Virus record (IMG/VR): IMGVR_UViG_3300036791_000797
Coordinates: 1 to 64,000 of that record
DNA: 64,000 bases
Strand: one strand, 5' to 3'
From: a virus
Made by a program: the position numbers and the translations under genes. Within the stretch, counting starts at the first letter, position 1. Each line of letters begins with the position of its first letter. The notes under the pieces are model-generated. The model had not been told where the DNA came from. It did no database searches and saw only the letters and a list, made by a program, of their open reading frames with translations. Shown here in pieces: positions 45,545 through 55,467 of the stretch.

Positions 45545-48214
45545 ATGACCCTGATGGGCTTTGAGGTTCGAGCGGCCAAGGCCAAGGGCGAGCGCAGTTC
45601 AGATGAAGAACAGCCGGATCGTCAGCCCATCCGCCCGGCCGAGGTCTCCCCGGCCCAGCGGCGCAACCTGACCAACGAGGAGCGCACCGTCAAGCGGCGG
45701 CGGCGGCGCGTCAACGCGGCCTTCACTCAGCCGGGCTACTACCTGGTGGACAAGGACGCCGCCCCGCAGTCCGAGCGCTTCGACACCATGAGCGAGGCCG
45801 AGGCCCAGCTACAGCCGGAGTCCGGGCAACTGATCCAGTACCTGGACCAGGCCCCCAACTCCTCCCACATCGCAGAGCCCTTCCCGCCCAACCTCAACCA
45901 AGTCAACGGGAGCCTGTCCATGTCTGCCCACCTCGATGACGAGTTCCTCTTCGTAGCTGGCATGGGTGGTGAAGAGGCCGACGCCGACGAGGACGAGGGG
46001 GCGCAGAACGCCAAGGACGAGGATCTCATCGCCCAGGGGGCCTACACCCCCGAAGAAGAGCGCGAGAACGAGGAGATCCGCCGGGCCAACGAGGAGCGCC
46101 GTCAGCCCGCCCCTTATGAGATCGCAAGCTGGCAGAAGAAGGAATCCCTGCAGGTACGGGAGGCCCGACTCCTGGCTGCCATGGCCAAATCCTCGGGCGA
46201 CGAGCAGCGCCAGATCATGGGGGAGCTTGAGGGCCTACGCCGGGAGGCCCGACGCCAGGTGGTAGCCGATCGGGAGATCGACCTGACCGACGCCTACATC
46301 CATGACTCCTTGACCCCGGTGCGGGTCCATGAGCATCACACTGCCGCCACCGACTGGATCGAAGAGGTAGCCGAGCCCGCCTACGACGCCAGCACCGTCC
46401 ACCGGGCCATGGTGGTCGAGGCCCGGCGCTGGATGGCCGGAGTCTCCCCGGCGGTCAAGGAGGACCGGGACGAGTACCTGGAGCAGGCCCGTGGCGTGGC
46501 CCGCATCAATGCCTCGGCCATGGGGCCGCACCGGGATCTGGCCTTCCAGACCTTCATGCGGACTGCGGCCGACGGCGAGAGCGGAGCCCTGCCCTGGAGC
46601 GCACCACCCATGGAGTTGCCCCCCACGGGTGGCGGTAACGCCCCCTTCGGCGTCCCCCAGGGCGGGGCTCCCCTCAACGGCCAGAACTTCAATCCCATGG
46701 CCACAGAGGTCTATCCCGGCTCCCAGCCCCTGCCCCTCGACAACGGGGCCTCAGCCTGGCCTCCGGCCGACAACCTCGAAGGCGAAGAGCCCCTACCGCC
46801 GGTCGCTCCCGACAACTACAACGCGGTCGGGGCCGACACCCATATGTCGGCCCTGCAGCGAGAGGCCGACGCCAAGGAGTACTCGCCCCGCTCAGGCATG
46901 GGCGGCCAGGAGCAGACCAAGCCCTGGAAGGCCACCCACACCTACAACCCCATCGGCTGGGACGCCTTCGACGCCCGTCCCCACCCCGGCTCCAAGGCCA
47001 TCACCCCTGGCGTGCCCATCCAGAACCACGGCTACATGAGCCCCCGCGGCCCCGGTGGCATGCGCCTGGTCCATGTCTCCGACGAGGCCGGGAACCACCA
47101 GACCATCGACAGCCGCTCCCTGGCCGCTTACGACGGCCCCAATCCCGATCGACCCAACGTCTTCGAGAGTCGCCGTCGCCAGGCCTCCGAGGCCTTCAAT
47201 GGCCCCAAGCAGACCTACGCCGAGTACCAGGCCCGGCTGTCCGAGGGATCTGAGCCCATGGACGAGGAGCATTGGGCCGGGTCCATGAGCGCGGTCAGCC
47301 CGGCTGCCACCAACACCGTCACCCCGGTCACGGCCATGTTCCGCTGGGCCGAGCGGGGCACCGACCCCGACCCCCAGGGCAACGACCTGGCCGGAAATCC
47401 CATGGCCGGGTACCCCGAGGGCGGCGACTGGGACAAGGACGAGGCCCATGCCCAGTCCGGCGAGGCCCAGTCCAACCTGCCGCTGGCCCCCGAAGGCCCC
47501 ACCGTCACCCAGCACCTGGACTTCATCACCGACTTCCCCGACACCGGCCCCACCGAGGTGCCCTCTGATCGAGCCTTCAACATCTCGGCCAACGGCAGTC
47601 ATACCGGAGCCACCGTCAATGCCCCCTATGCCTGGGACCCCGGCTACGCCGACGAGGACATCGCTGACGACTACGCCAACCATCAGTACATGAGCGAGAT
47701 CCCCCACGATTTCGAGCCCCAAGGCAACTCCCAGTACTGCCGTACCTGCGGGGAATCCCGCCGTCATCCCATGCACGTCTACGCCCGTCGAATGGCAGCC
47801 AAGCCACCCCCTGACGTGGGTGAGGACGAGAGCCAGGGCACGTCCGGGTGGAAGCCCCGTGAGGATTACGCCACTACCCCCGGTGGCCAGGCCGCCTCCA
47901 CCGAGCAGTACGAGCAGGCCTACTCCTCCGGGCGGAATATCGACTACACCGAAACAGGCATCGGGCAGTTGGGCACCGTGCCAGTCCAGGGCTATGGGGC
48001 CAATCCCAACGGGGAGATGTTCACCTGGGAGATGGCCCCCGGTGGAGTACCGGTGGGAGCCGCCAACGTGGCCGATGTGCCGCCCCCAGGGGCCGGACAG
48101 GTCGGGGCGGCACAACCCACCGACCTGAACAACCCGGAGTCCCCTGAGGGCAGGGAGGCGGCTCTGCGAGTCGTCCGGGATCGAGTCCGCTACAACCTGG
48201 GAGCCCGGCGATGA
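45545..48214 (+). CDS. large acidic mosaic protein, putative head/internal polyprotein
   Basis: 889 aa; HEHHTAATDW block; linkers ending MRTAA, LQREA, RRQAS, MFRWA. Confidence 0.75.
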   Translation: MTLMGFEVRAAKAKGERSSDEEQPDRQPIRPAEVSPAQRRNLTNEERTVKRRRRRVNAAFTQPGYYLVDKDAAPQSERFDTMSEAEAQLQPESGQLIQYLDQAPNSSHIAEPFPPNLNQVNGSLSMSAHLDDEFLFVAGMGGEEADADEDEGAQNAKDEDLIAQGAYTPEEERENEEIRRANEERRQPAPYEIASWQKKESLQVREARLLAAMAKSSGDEQRQIMGELEGLRREARRQVVADREIDLTDAYIHDSLTPVRVHEHHTAATDWIEEVAEPAYDASTVHRAMVVEARRWMAGVSPAVKEDRDEYLEQARGVARINASAMGPHRDLAFQTFMRTAADGESGALPWSAPPMELPPTGGGNAPFGVPQGGAPLNGQNFNPMATEVYPGSQPLPLDNGASAWPPADNLEGEEPLPPVAPDNYNAVGADTHMSALQREADAKEYSPRSGMGGQEQTKPWKATHTYNPIGWDAFDARPHPGSKAITPGVPIQNHGYMSPRGPGGMRLVHVSDEAGNHQTIDSRSLAAYDGPNPDRPNVFESRRRQASEAFNGPKQTYAEYQARLSEGSEPMDEEHWAGSMSAVSPAATNTVTPVTAMFRWAERGTDPDPQGNDLAGNPMAGYPEGGDWDKDEAHAQSGEAQSNLPLAPEGPTVTQHLDFITDFPDTGPTEVPSDRAFNISANGSHTGATVNAPYAWDPGYADEDIADDYANHQYMSEIPHDFEPQGNSQYCRTCGESRRHPMHVYARRMAAKPPPDVGEDESQGTSGWKPREDYATTPGGQAASTEQYEQAYSSGRNIDYTETGIGQLGTVPVQGYGANPNGEMFTWEMAPGGVPVGAANVADVPPPGAGQVGAAQPTDLNNPESPEGREAALRVVRDRVRYNLGARR

Positions 48215-51200
48215 CTGACCTGTGGATGATGGCCGGTGAGGAGGCCGAGCGCGACGCCTCCGATCACCTGCTGGCCCTGGCCCGAGTGGCCTGCGCCTGC
48301 TACTGGCCGGTGGTGGCCTCGGTGACCACCAAGGAGGGCCTGGACCACGCCAAGGCCCTGATCTCCGATGGGGTCACCACCTCGGTGACCGGCATCGCCA
48401 CCTCCCCGGCTGAGACCGCGGTGCTGGCCTCACGGGTCCTGGACAGCTTCTCCGAGGACTGGGAGGCCCATATCGCGGCCAAGCAGGCCGTGGTTGAGAA
48501 CGCCCCGGCCTACGCCGAGCAGATGGGCTTCGGGTTCCCGGCCGAGCCCCTGCCCAACGAGGCTCCCGCCCTGGAGGGTGAGATCGCGGCCTGGGAGGGT
48601 GCTGACCAGCAGAGCCGGGTCAATATGGGCAACGGCCTGGGGGTCTCTGACGACTCCTCCGGCCCCAATGTGGCCGGGCCGGGAGCCAACCCCGGCGAGA
48701 CGCCCCTCCTGCATGCCAGCGCCCTGGACATCGAGGCCGGTCTGGAGCCCGGCGATTATCGCCTGGATGCTTTCGGGGCGCTCATCCGGGTGGAGGCCAC
48801 GCCTTGGAGTCATCTGAAGGAGATGAATCCAGGCGAGATGAGTGACCAGGAGCTAGAGAACCATCTCATGCTCCACCACAATCAGATGTCAGTCTCTGAT
48901 TATGCTCCATTGAATGCTGATAAGCATATGGAGATCCATGGCAATCCCGGTCAGTATGGATCTGCCCGTCACGGTCATGGTGCTTATTCCGGTGAAGAGT
49001 GGGATGAAAGTGGTCGTCTCTCCCATCTCGTCTTAGCTGACAAGGCTCCGTATTACATCCGGGAGGAAGGCGGCAAGTTCAAGGTCGTCAACCGCGAAGG
49101 TGAGGTAAAGGGCACCTTCGACAGCAAGGACGCCGCCCGCCAACAGCAGAAGGCCCTCTACGTCAACATCCCCGACGCTCCAGGGAAGGCCGAGAAGGCC
49201 CACGGCCACACCCCTGAGGCCGTCTCCGACGTGGGCAAGAAGGCCAGCCGTCGCACCGCCAGTATCCGGCTGACCGCCCTGCAGCAACAGGCCGTCCGGG
49301 CAGCCCGTGCCCTGGTCGATCAGATGCCCACCGAGGCCCAGCATCACGCCGTGGCCAAGGCCATGCTGATGCGAGCCCGTGGCTTCGAACTGAGCCCCAT
49401 AGAGACCGACCTGGTCATCACCGCGGCGCTCCAGCGCGTCACCGAGCGGCAGGCCGGAGGGGGCCTGGATTTTACCCGGCAGGCCGCTGACGATCGCAGC
49501 CATTGGCCGCGCTGGGCCGCCAGGGTCCATACCTTCGATGACTCGGGGCATGCCTACAACCGCAGTCAGACCGATGATGAGATCAAGAACGGCGATGTCT
49601 TCCACATCCCCGAAGAGGGCATCACCGGCTACATGCACAAAGCGTGGCCCACGGCCGTCACCCAGAACAAGGGCGCGTTCCATGGGCTAGAAGAGCCTGC
49701 CTCTTATGCCGGTCCTCGGGGTGAAGGCCACAAGATCTGTCAGACCTGCGATGGCAATGGCCAGGCGAAGCCCGGAGCCAATGCTCCCTACCGTGAGCCC
49801 GGCGACACCAAGTGCTGGGGATGCGGTGGCAAGGGTCACTACGAGGGTGACTCACTGGAGACGGTGCAAGCCTTGCACAATGGTTGGCGGCAAGCCCGAG
49901 AGCTTGCTACCCAGCATGGCTATCCCGTCGATGGCATGGGTACTACTGCTGCTAAGCACTCTGCTGCTAAGCACTCTGCTGAATGGCACCAAGGGTTTGA
50001 GCATGGTGTATCAGGTCAAGCTGAGCAATATCCTGATGAGTTCAGTCCAGAACAAGTTGATGATTACAGCGATGGACATGAAGAGGGACGCCGGTCACGC
50101 GGTCGTAGTGATGATGATCGGCGTTTTCTAAGCTCGATCCACACCGCCGACGGCGTACCTGAGTCCAAGCGAGATCGGGCTGAGAAGGCCGGTGACACCC
50201 TGCCCGGCACCGACAAGTTCCCTATCGAGAACGCCCGTGACCTGGAGAAGGCCAAGCACGACATCGGGCGTACCAATGAGCCTCATGATAAGGTCGTCAA
50301 CTACATCGATCGTAAGGCCGAGGAGTTAGGTGAGCCTGGAGTCGGTGAGGATGATGAGGGGAAGAAGGCAGCCCTGCAAAAGGGTGCCCCTTTCGCCGGT
50401 TACAAGGACTTCCATGACTGCGTGAGGAAGAATCAGGACAAGGATGATCCTGAGGCCTACTGCGGTCAGATCAAGCATCAGGTGGAGGGATCCAGACAGG
50501 GTCGGATGGGACGGTTGTGGGACCGACTCATGGGCCGTACCGCCCAGGGCATGGGCATGGCCAACCCCATGGACCCCTCCTCGGTGGCCAACCCCTTCTC
50601 CCCGGCCCAGGATGTCAACGCGGCCATGACCGACACCAATCCCACCATGGGCGGGGGTGCGGCCGGAGCAGGTGGGACCATGGATCCCTCCACCACCCCG
50701 CCCGACGAGATCCCCGGCCAGACCGTGCCCGGCTCGGCTACGGCGGCCTCCTCTAAGCCCCGTACTAAGCCCTCCAGCAACCCCAACGCCCCCAACCAGC
50801 CATCTCCCTCCCAGCTTGGCGGGATGCCTCAGCCGGGGATGATGGGTGGCACACCCATGGGTGGTCCGATGCTCACCAGCATGCCCATGATGGCCGGTCG
50901 TGCCCAGGTCCTGGTGGCCTCGTCCATCCTCAACGACAACCCGGAGATGTCCGACGACGAGGCCCTGCACCTGGCCTCCAGGACCATCGAGCGCTACCCA
51001 CACCTGGTCCATCAGGCTTACGGAGGATTCGACTTCCCTTTTGGCGAGGAGGACACACCGGGTAGCTACACGGTCTGTCCGCAATGCAACGCCAATACCT
51101 TTGACGGTCGTAGCGGGCATTGCCACAACTGTGGATACCTCGGTGGTACCGGCTCTCCAGGCTTCGATCCCCTGGTAGGTCCAACCACCATAAGACCGGG

Positions 51201-51372
51201 ACAGTTCGACATGCGGAATCCAGGTCTTACCGCTGCTTCTTACAGTGTGAGAAAGTGTAGATCTTGCGGAAATCAAGTCAGGGTTCAACTTGGCCAGGAT
51301 TTCCCCGAGGATCATGCTGATTACTGTCCAGAGCAGGCAGATTTTCCTGGCAGAAAAAACAGGGAACAGTAG
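48211..51372 (+). CDS. large mosaic protein, putative head/internal polyprotein
   Basis: 1053 aa of short modules (PYYIREEGGKFKVV..., DnaJ-type Zn finger, KFPIENARDL..., PFAGYKDFHDCV..., Zn ribbons). Confidence 0.75.
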   Translation: MTDLWMMAGEEAERDASDHLLALARVACACYWPVVASVTTKEGLDHAKALISDGVTTSVTGIATSPAETAVLASRVLDSFSEDWEAHIAAKQAVVENAPAYAEQMGFGFPAEPLPNEAPALEGEIAAWEGADQQSRVNMGNGLGVSDDSSGPNVAGPGANPGETPLLHASALDIEAGLEPGDYRLDAFGALIRVEATPWSHLKEMNPGEMSDQELENHLMLHHNQMSVSDYAPLNADKHMEIHGNPGQYGSARHGHGAYSGEEWDESGRLSHLVLADKAPYYIREEGGKFKVVNREGEVKGTFDSKDAARQQQKALYVNIPDAPGKAEKAHGHTPEAVSDVGKKASRRTASIRLTALQQQAVRAARALVDQMPTEAQHHAVAKAMLMRARGFELSPIETDLVITAALQRVTERQAGGGLDFTRQAADDRSHWPRWAARVHTFDDSGHAYNRSQTDDEIKNGDVFHIPEEGITGYMHKAWPTAVTQNKGAFHGLEEPASYAGPRGEGHKICQTCDGNGQAKPGANAPYREPGDTKCWGCGGKGHYEGDSLETVQALHNGWRQARELATQHGYPVDGMGTTAAKHSAAKHSAEWHQGFEHGVSGQAEQYPDEFSPEQVDDYSDGHEEGRRSRGRSDDDRRFLSSIHTADGVPESKRDRAEKAGDTLPGTDKFPIENARDLEKAKHDIGRTNEPHDKVVNYIDRKAEELGEPGVGEDDEGKKAALQKGAPFAGYKDFHDCVRKNQDKDDPEAYCGQIKHQVEGSRQGRMGRLWDRLMGRTAQGMGMANPMDPSSVANPFSPAQDVNAAMTDTNPTMGGGAAGAGGTMDPSTTPPDEIPGQTVPGSATAASSKPRTKPSSNPNAPNQPSPSQLGGMPQPGMMGGTPMGGPMLTSMPMMAGRAQVLVASSILNDNPEMSDDEALHLASRTIERYPHLVHQAYGGFDFPFGEEDTPGSYTVCPQCNANTFDGRSGHCHNCGYLGGTGSPGFDPLVGPTTIRPGQFDMRNPGLTAASYSVRKCRSCGNQVRVQLGQDFPEDHADYCPEQADFPGRKNREQ
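49946..49981 (+). repeat. 15-bp tandem duplication
   Basis: CTGCTGCTAAGCACT x2 plus partial copy, encoding AAKHS-AAKHS-A. Confidence 0.85.
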
Positions 51373-51864
51373 ATGCAAAAGACCTCCGTACCCGAGGGCG
51401 CACGGGTCGCCTATGCCGGTCTTCCGCATCACGATGTCGATATCGGTGACGAGGGTAAGGTCCTGCAGACCAGCGGTCGTATGTGCCACGTCATCATGAG
51501 GACGGGGGCCAACGTGGGTCAGGTGGTCCTGGTGGACCAGGGAGACCTGACCGTCCTGGCCTCACCGCGCCACGCCATCGATGACTCCCTCCTGGATGGC
51601 TCTCTGGACGAGCCCACCCTGGTCACCACCGCAGTGCGGAGCGTCTATGAGCGTCAGGGGGAGAAGGGCCTCATCACCGCCCTGGCCAACCGGGGGGAGC
51701 TACCGGATTTCTTCGAGGTGGCCGAGCAGGCCGTCCAGCAGGTGATCGCCACCGTGCGCCAGGATCCGATCATGATCAGGGTGCTGGCTGAGCTTGATGA
51801 CGAGGAGGGTGAGAACTTCATTCAATCATTGGCCTTGTCGGCCATTGACGAGGTCATTGGATGA
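51373..51864 (+). CDS. hypothetical protein (SH3-like N-terminus)
   Basis: AGGGA SD, GC3-rich. Confidence 0.7.
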   Translation: MQKTSVPEGARVAYAGLPHHDVDIGDEGKVLQTSGRMCHVIMRTGANVGQVVLVDQGDLTVLASPRHAIDDSLLDGSLDEPTLVTTAVRSVYERQGEKGLITALANRGELPDFFEVAEQAVQQVIATVRQDPIMIRVLAELDDEEGENFIQSLALSAIDEVIG

Positions 51865-52958
51865 GCGAAACGGCTACCGATAGGGATCGGACTGGTGACA
51901 CTCCGATGTATTGCACCAAATGTAAGAAGATGGTGCAACGGCAGAGTGATTGTCCTAAGGGTGGGAACCATCATCTGCTCTCTATCTCTGACAAGGGTGT
52001 GCAAGGTCAGGGCCATGGGGATGGACCGGAAAGCACCAGGAACTCTGAGGAGTCCGATCCGCACAAGGTATCCCGCAAGCTGGTCATTGCCGGAGTAGAC
52101 CCCGACTGGAATGGTAAGCACAAGTTGCAATGGATGGGTCGAGGACGAGATGCACGGGGACAATGCTCCTGTGGGATGTGGGCGGAGCTTGGAACCTATG
52201 TCATGCCAAGTAAGAAGGTGCAGAACGTGAAGGACAAGTTCGCTCAGCACTTACAGCATGCCACCGATCATCCTGAGTACTATCAAAAGGAAGCCTCGGT
52301 AGCGCATCCCAACGATCGCATTCGAGCCTATGCCATGCAGTATCTGGCTCATGATTCCGGTGATGGTCAGACCGTCTACCACTGTCCCTTCTGCGGTGGT
52401 GGCAACGTCATCGGCCGTTCTGACGGCACCATCGAGTGCGGGTTCTGTAACACCCATTTCACCGTGCAGGTCCAGCCCGAGTTCGCGGGCATGCCCCAGA
52501 CCGTCGATGGTCAGCCCTATGACGTGCCCGGCATGCCGGGTGGTGTCGATCCTATGACCGGCCTGCCGCCCGACCAGGGTGAGGACGAGGGGATGGGTGA
52601 CGAGGAGGAGATGCCACCGGGCGGGGCCGAGATGGGCAGCCCTGAGGACGAGGAGGCTCAGGGCAAGAACGGCTCCTCGGTGCCTTGGGAGCATCAGTCG
52701 GCCAAGAAGACCTGGACGGCTGTGTGCAAGGACTGCGATTGGCAGTCCACCGAGTCGCGTCAACGTGATGCCTACAACCGGGCTGTGGGGCATGAGCGTG
52801 AGACTCGGCCAGCCCAGTTCAAGAGTGGTCATCGCGTTCAGCTAAGAGATGATTCCAAGCAGGCCAAGCGTTACATCTCACCTCTAGGAGCTATGACCGA
52901 GCGACAATACATGGCGCATCTCGCTCTCCTTCACAGTGTGGTGGTAAAGAACGGATGA
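51861..52958 (+). CDS. multi-Zn-ribbon mosaic protein
   Basis: HCPFCGGGNVIGRSDGTIECGFC plus further CxxC/H modules. Confidence 0.7.
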   Translation: MSETATDRDRTGDTPMYCTKCKKMVQRQSDCPKGGNHHLLSISDKGVQGQGHGDGPESTRNSEESDPHKVSRKLVIAGVDPDWNGKHKLQWMGRGRDARGQCSCGMWAELGTYVMPSKKVQNVKDKFAQHLQHATDHPEYYQKEASVAHPNDRIRAYAMQYLAHDSGDGQTVYHCPFCGGGNVIGRSDGTIECGFCNTHFTVQVQPEFAGMPQTVDGQPYDVPGMPGGVDPMTGLPPDQGEDEGMGDEEEMPPGGAEMGSPEDEEAQGKNGSSVPWEHQSAKKTWTAVCKDCDWQSTESRQRDAYNRAVGHERETRPAQFKSGHRVQLRDDSKQAKRYISPLGAMTERQYMAHLALLHSVVVKNG

Positions 52959-52961
52959 CGT

Positions 52962-53342
52962 ATGCCTGTGCCCCCTCTGATCCAGCAGGCCATTGTCAAT
53001 ATCTATCCGAACAATGGGTCTATTTATTCATCGGAACATGAGTGTGAAGGTGCGAAGTTTCATTCCCCCAATCCCCTCATCGTCCATGAGACCAACCTCG
53101 TTCCCTGGGATCCACATCCGCCAGTACACATCGTCTGGCTCTGTGGTACGTGCCGAGGCAATCTCTGGGTATATCAGCGTCTCCTGCAGGAGCGAGGAGG
53201 AGATATCCCCTGGGCTATCCAGCGCTCTTTCGGCAATGCCATCCGAGCCTTGGCTAAACAAGGATGGGAGATCTATCAAGCCGATGATAATCGACATTCC
53301 CATCCTCCGAGTAGTTGGTCTTTGAGGAGCAATCATCTCTAG
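52962..53342 (+). CDS. hypothetical protein
   Basis: CEG..FH...WLCGTC. Confidence 0.6.
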   Translation: MPVPPLIQQAIVNIYPNNGSIYSSEHECEGAKFHSPNPLIVHETNLVPWDPHPPVHIVWLCGTCRGNLWVYQRLLQERGGDIPWAIQRSFGNAIRALAKQGWEIYQADDNRHSHPPSSWSLRSNHL

Positions 53343-55458
53343 TATCTGGACTCCGACCGGGGAGCATCCCATAGGCGAGCGGGACTCCGATGTCCTGGCC
53401 AAGCTGGCCACGGCCTCGCTACGGCGCGGCATCTCGGAGGGTCCAGGCGAGGAATCCCCCGAAGTTCAGGAGATGCGGAAGAACCGTCGCATCAACCGCA
53501 AGCTCAACGGGGTCAGCCATCAAGCCGATCTCCTCAGTGGGGCCGGGGCCAGCAGCCTGTCGTTTGCCACCGGGCGTCCTCAGGACCCCATGTTCTACTG
53601 GAAGCAAGCGAATCTCCCTTACGATATCTGGAAGGAAGAAGAGCTTGTTGTTATCCGCCACTACTGCAGGCTTCTTTATCTTACTCATCCACTGTTGGCC
53701 TCAGCCATCGATATCTTCAGCAAATACCCCATGCAAGGCATGGAGTTGAACTGCAAGGACAACGAGCTTGTTGACTTCTATGGAACACACTTCCTCGATG
53801 ACCTGAACTACCCCGAGTATCTCACCGATGTCCTGCATGAGCGCTGGCTGGTAGGAGAGGCGTGGCCCCTCGGGCAGTGGAACGACACCCTGGGCATCTG
53901 GGAGGACGACGAACTCATCAACCCCGATGACGTGGATGTCATCAAGAGCCCGTTCATCAAAGAGCCCCGCTTCGAGATGCGTCTGCCCGAGACGTTGCGC
54001 TCCATCCTCAAGGAGCGCCAGCCCGAGTGGGAGTACAAGAAGCTGGTCAACGCCTACCCCGAGCTTCTGGCCTTCCTGGCCGAAGACTCCCGCATGCCGG
54101 TGTCCAACATCCTGCTCAAGCAGATCAAGTTCAAGGCCGACACCTTCCACCCCCGCGGCATCCCCATCCTGATGCGAGGCTTTAGGGCCATCTTCCAGGA
54201 GGAGATGCTCAACGCCGCCCAGGACGCCATCGCCTCTCGGCTCTACACCCCGCTCATCCTGGCCAAGATCGGAGCCTCGGCCACCGACCTGGGCACCCAG
54301 TATCCCTTCATCCCCACCGCCGCGGACCTAGCTGACTTCGAGGAGGCCCTGGACGAGGCCCTGGCTGCTGACTTCCGGGTCCTGACCCACCACTTCGCCC
54401 TGACCATGGAGTCGGTATTCGGTCGGGAGGTCATGCCCGACCTCAGCGGCGACTTCGAGCGCCTGGCCGAGCGCCAGCTACAGGTCTTCGGCATCTCCAA
54501 GACCATGCTCTCCGGCGCGGGTGATGGTGAGACCTACGCCGCCGACGCCCTGAACCTGGACATCATGAGCCAGCTACTGGGTGGGGCGCAGCGGCTCATC
54601 AAGAGGTTCTTCAAGGATCGGGCTCTGGTGGTGGCTGAAGCCCAGCAGCACTGGGACTATGAGATGCGGGGTGGCAAGAAGTTCCCGGTCATGGAAGAGG
54701 TCCTCGAAGTCGATGAGGAGACCGGTGAGAAGCGCATCATCGAGCAGCCCAAGCTGCTGGTGCCGGACCTGGTCATGAAGTCCATGGACATGAAGAACGA
54801 CACGCTGCGACGGCAACTGCTCGAAGAGCTACGCAGCACGGGGGTGCCCATCTCCATGAAGACTCGCCTGACCAACATCGAGATCGACCTGGACGACGAG
54901 ATCGAGGCCACCCGTGACGAGCAGATCAAGATCGCGGTGGCCACCCAGGAGACCCGTCGGGACACCTTCTCGGCCCTGGCCGCCCAGGGCCTGCCCATCC
55001 CCGACGACCTGGAGCAGGACTTTCGGGCGGTGGCCCTCGACGCCGAGCCGGGTGGACCGGCAGCCGAGCAACTACCTCTACCCAACATGGCCATGGACCC
55101 GGCTGGAGGTCCGGCCACGGCCCTGACTCCTGGACCTGAGGACTATGCCGCCGCCGACGAGGCCGAACAGGAAGGCGAGGCTCCCGGCGACGTAGGAGCC
55201 TCCAATGCCTCTCCTCCACCGCAGATGCAATCCAATATGGCGGCGATAATACCGTTGCCTCGTCAGCGTATGCGCCCTCCAGAGTCTGATGAACGACGCG
55301 GTGAGATGCCGAAGAAATCCAGCTTGCAAAGCGATGATGGTGAGGAACTTGAAGAGGGATCCTACCGACTGCTCAGCGGCCCGGCCCATATTGGCCAGCG
55401 CCGCTACGTGTACCTCGACCCCACCGAGCCCCTGCCCGATCCTGACTCAGAACGATGA
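53335..55458 (+). CDS. portal protein (possible ATC start at 53335; first ATG at 53473)
   Basis: THPLLASAIDIFSKYP, RGIPILMRGFR...AQDAIASRLYTPLILAKIG resemble big-actinophage portals; size and context fit. Confidence 0.72.
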   Translation: MSSIWTPTGEHPIGERDSDVLAKLATASLRRGISEGPGEESPEVQEMRKNRRINRKLNGVSHQADLLSGAGASSLSFATGRPQDPMFYWKQANLPYDIWKEEELVVIRHYCRLLYLTHPLLASAIDIFSKYPMQGMELNCKDNELVDFYGTHFLDDLNYPEYLTDVLHERWLVGEAWPLGQWNDTLGIWEDDELINPDDVDVIKSPFIKEPRFEMRLPETLRSILKERQPEWEYKKLVNAYPELLAFLAEDSRMPVSNILLKQIKFKADTFHPRGIPILMRGFRAIFQEEMLNAAQDAIASRLYTPLILAKIGASATDLGTQYPFIPTAADLADFEEALDEALAADFRVLTHHFALTMESVFGREVMPDLSGDFERLAERQLQVFGISKTMLSGAGDGETYAADALNLDIMSQLLGGAQRLIKRFFKDRALVVAEAQQHWDYEMRGGKKFPVMEEVLEVDEETGEKRIIEQPKLLVPDLVMKSMDMKNDTLRRQLLEELRSTGVPISMKTRLTNIEIDLDDEIEATRDEQIKIAVATQETRRDTFSALAAQGLPIPDDLEQDFRAVALDAEPGGPAAEQLPLPNMAMDPAGGPATALTPGPEDYAAADEAEQEGEAPGDVGASNASPPPQMQSNMAAIIPLPRQRMRPPESDERRGEMPKKSSLQSDDGEELEEGSYRLLSGPAHIGQRRYVYLDPTEPLPDPDSER

Positions 55459-55466
55459 AGGAGTGA
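55431..55466 (+). promoter_or_regulatory. putative phage-specific (late) promoter
   Basis: CCTGCC-N20-GAAGGAGTGA-G-ATG(55468). Confidence 0.65.
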
Positions 55467-55467
55467 G

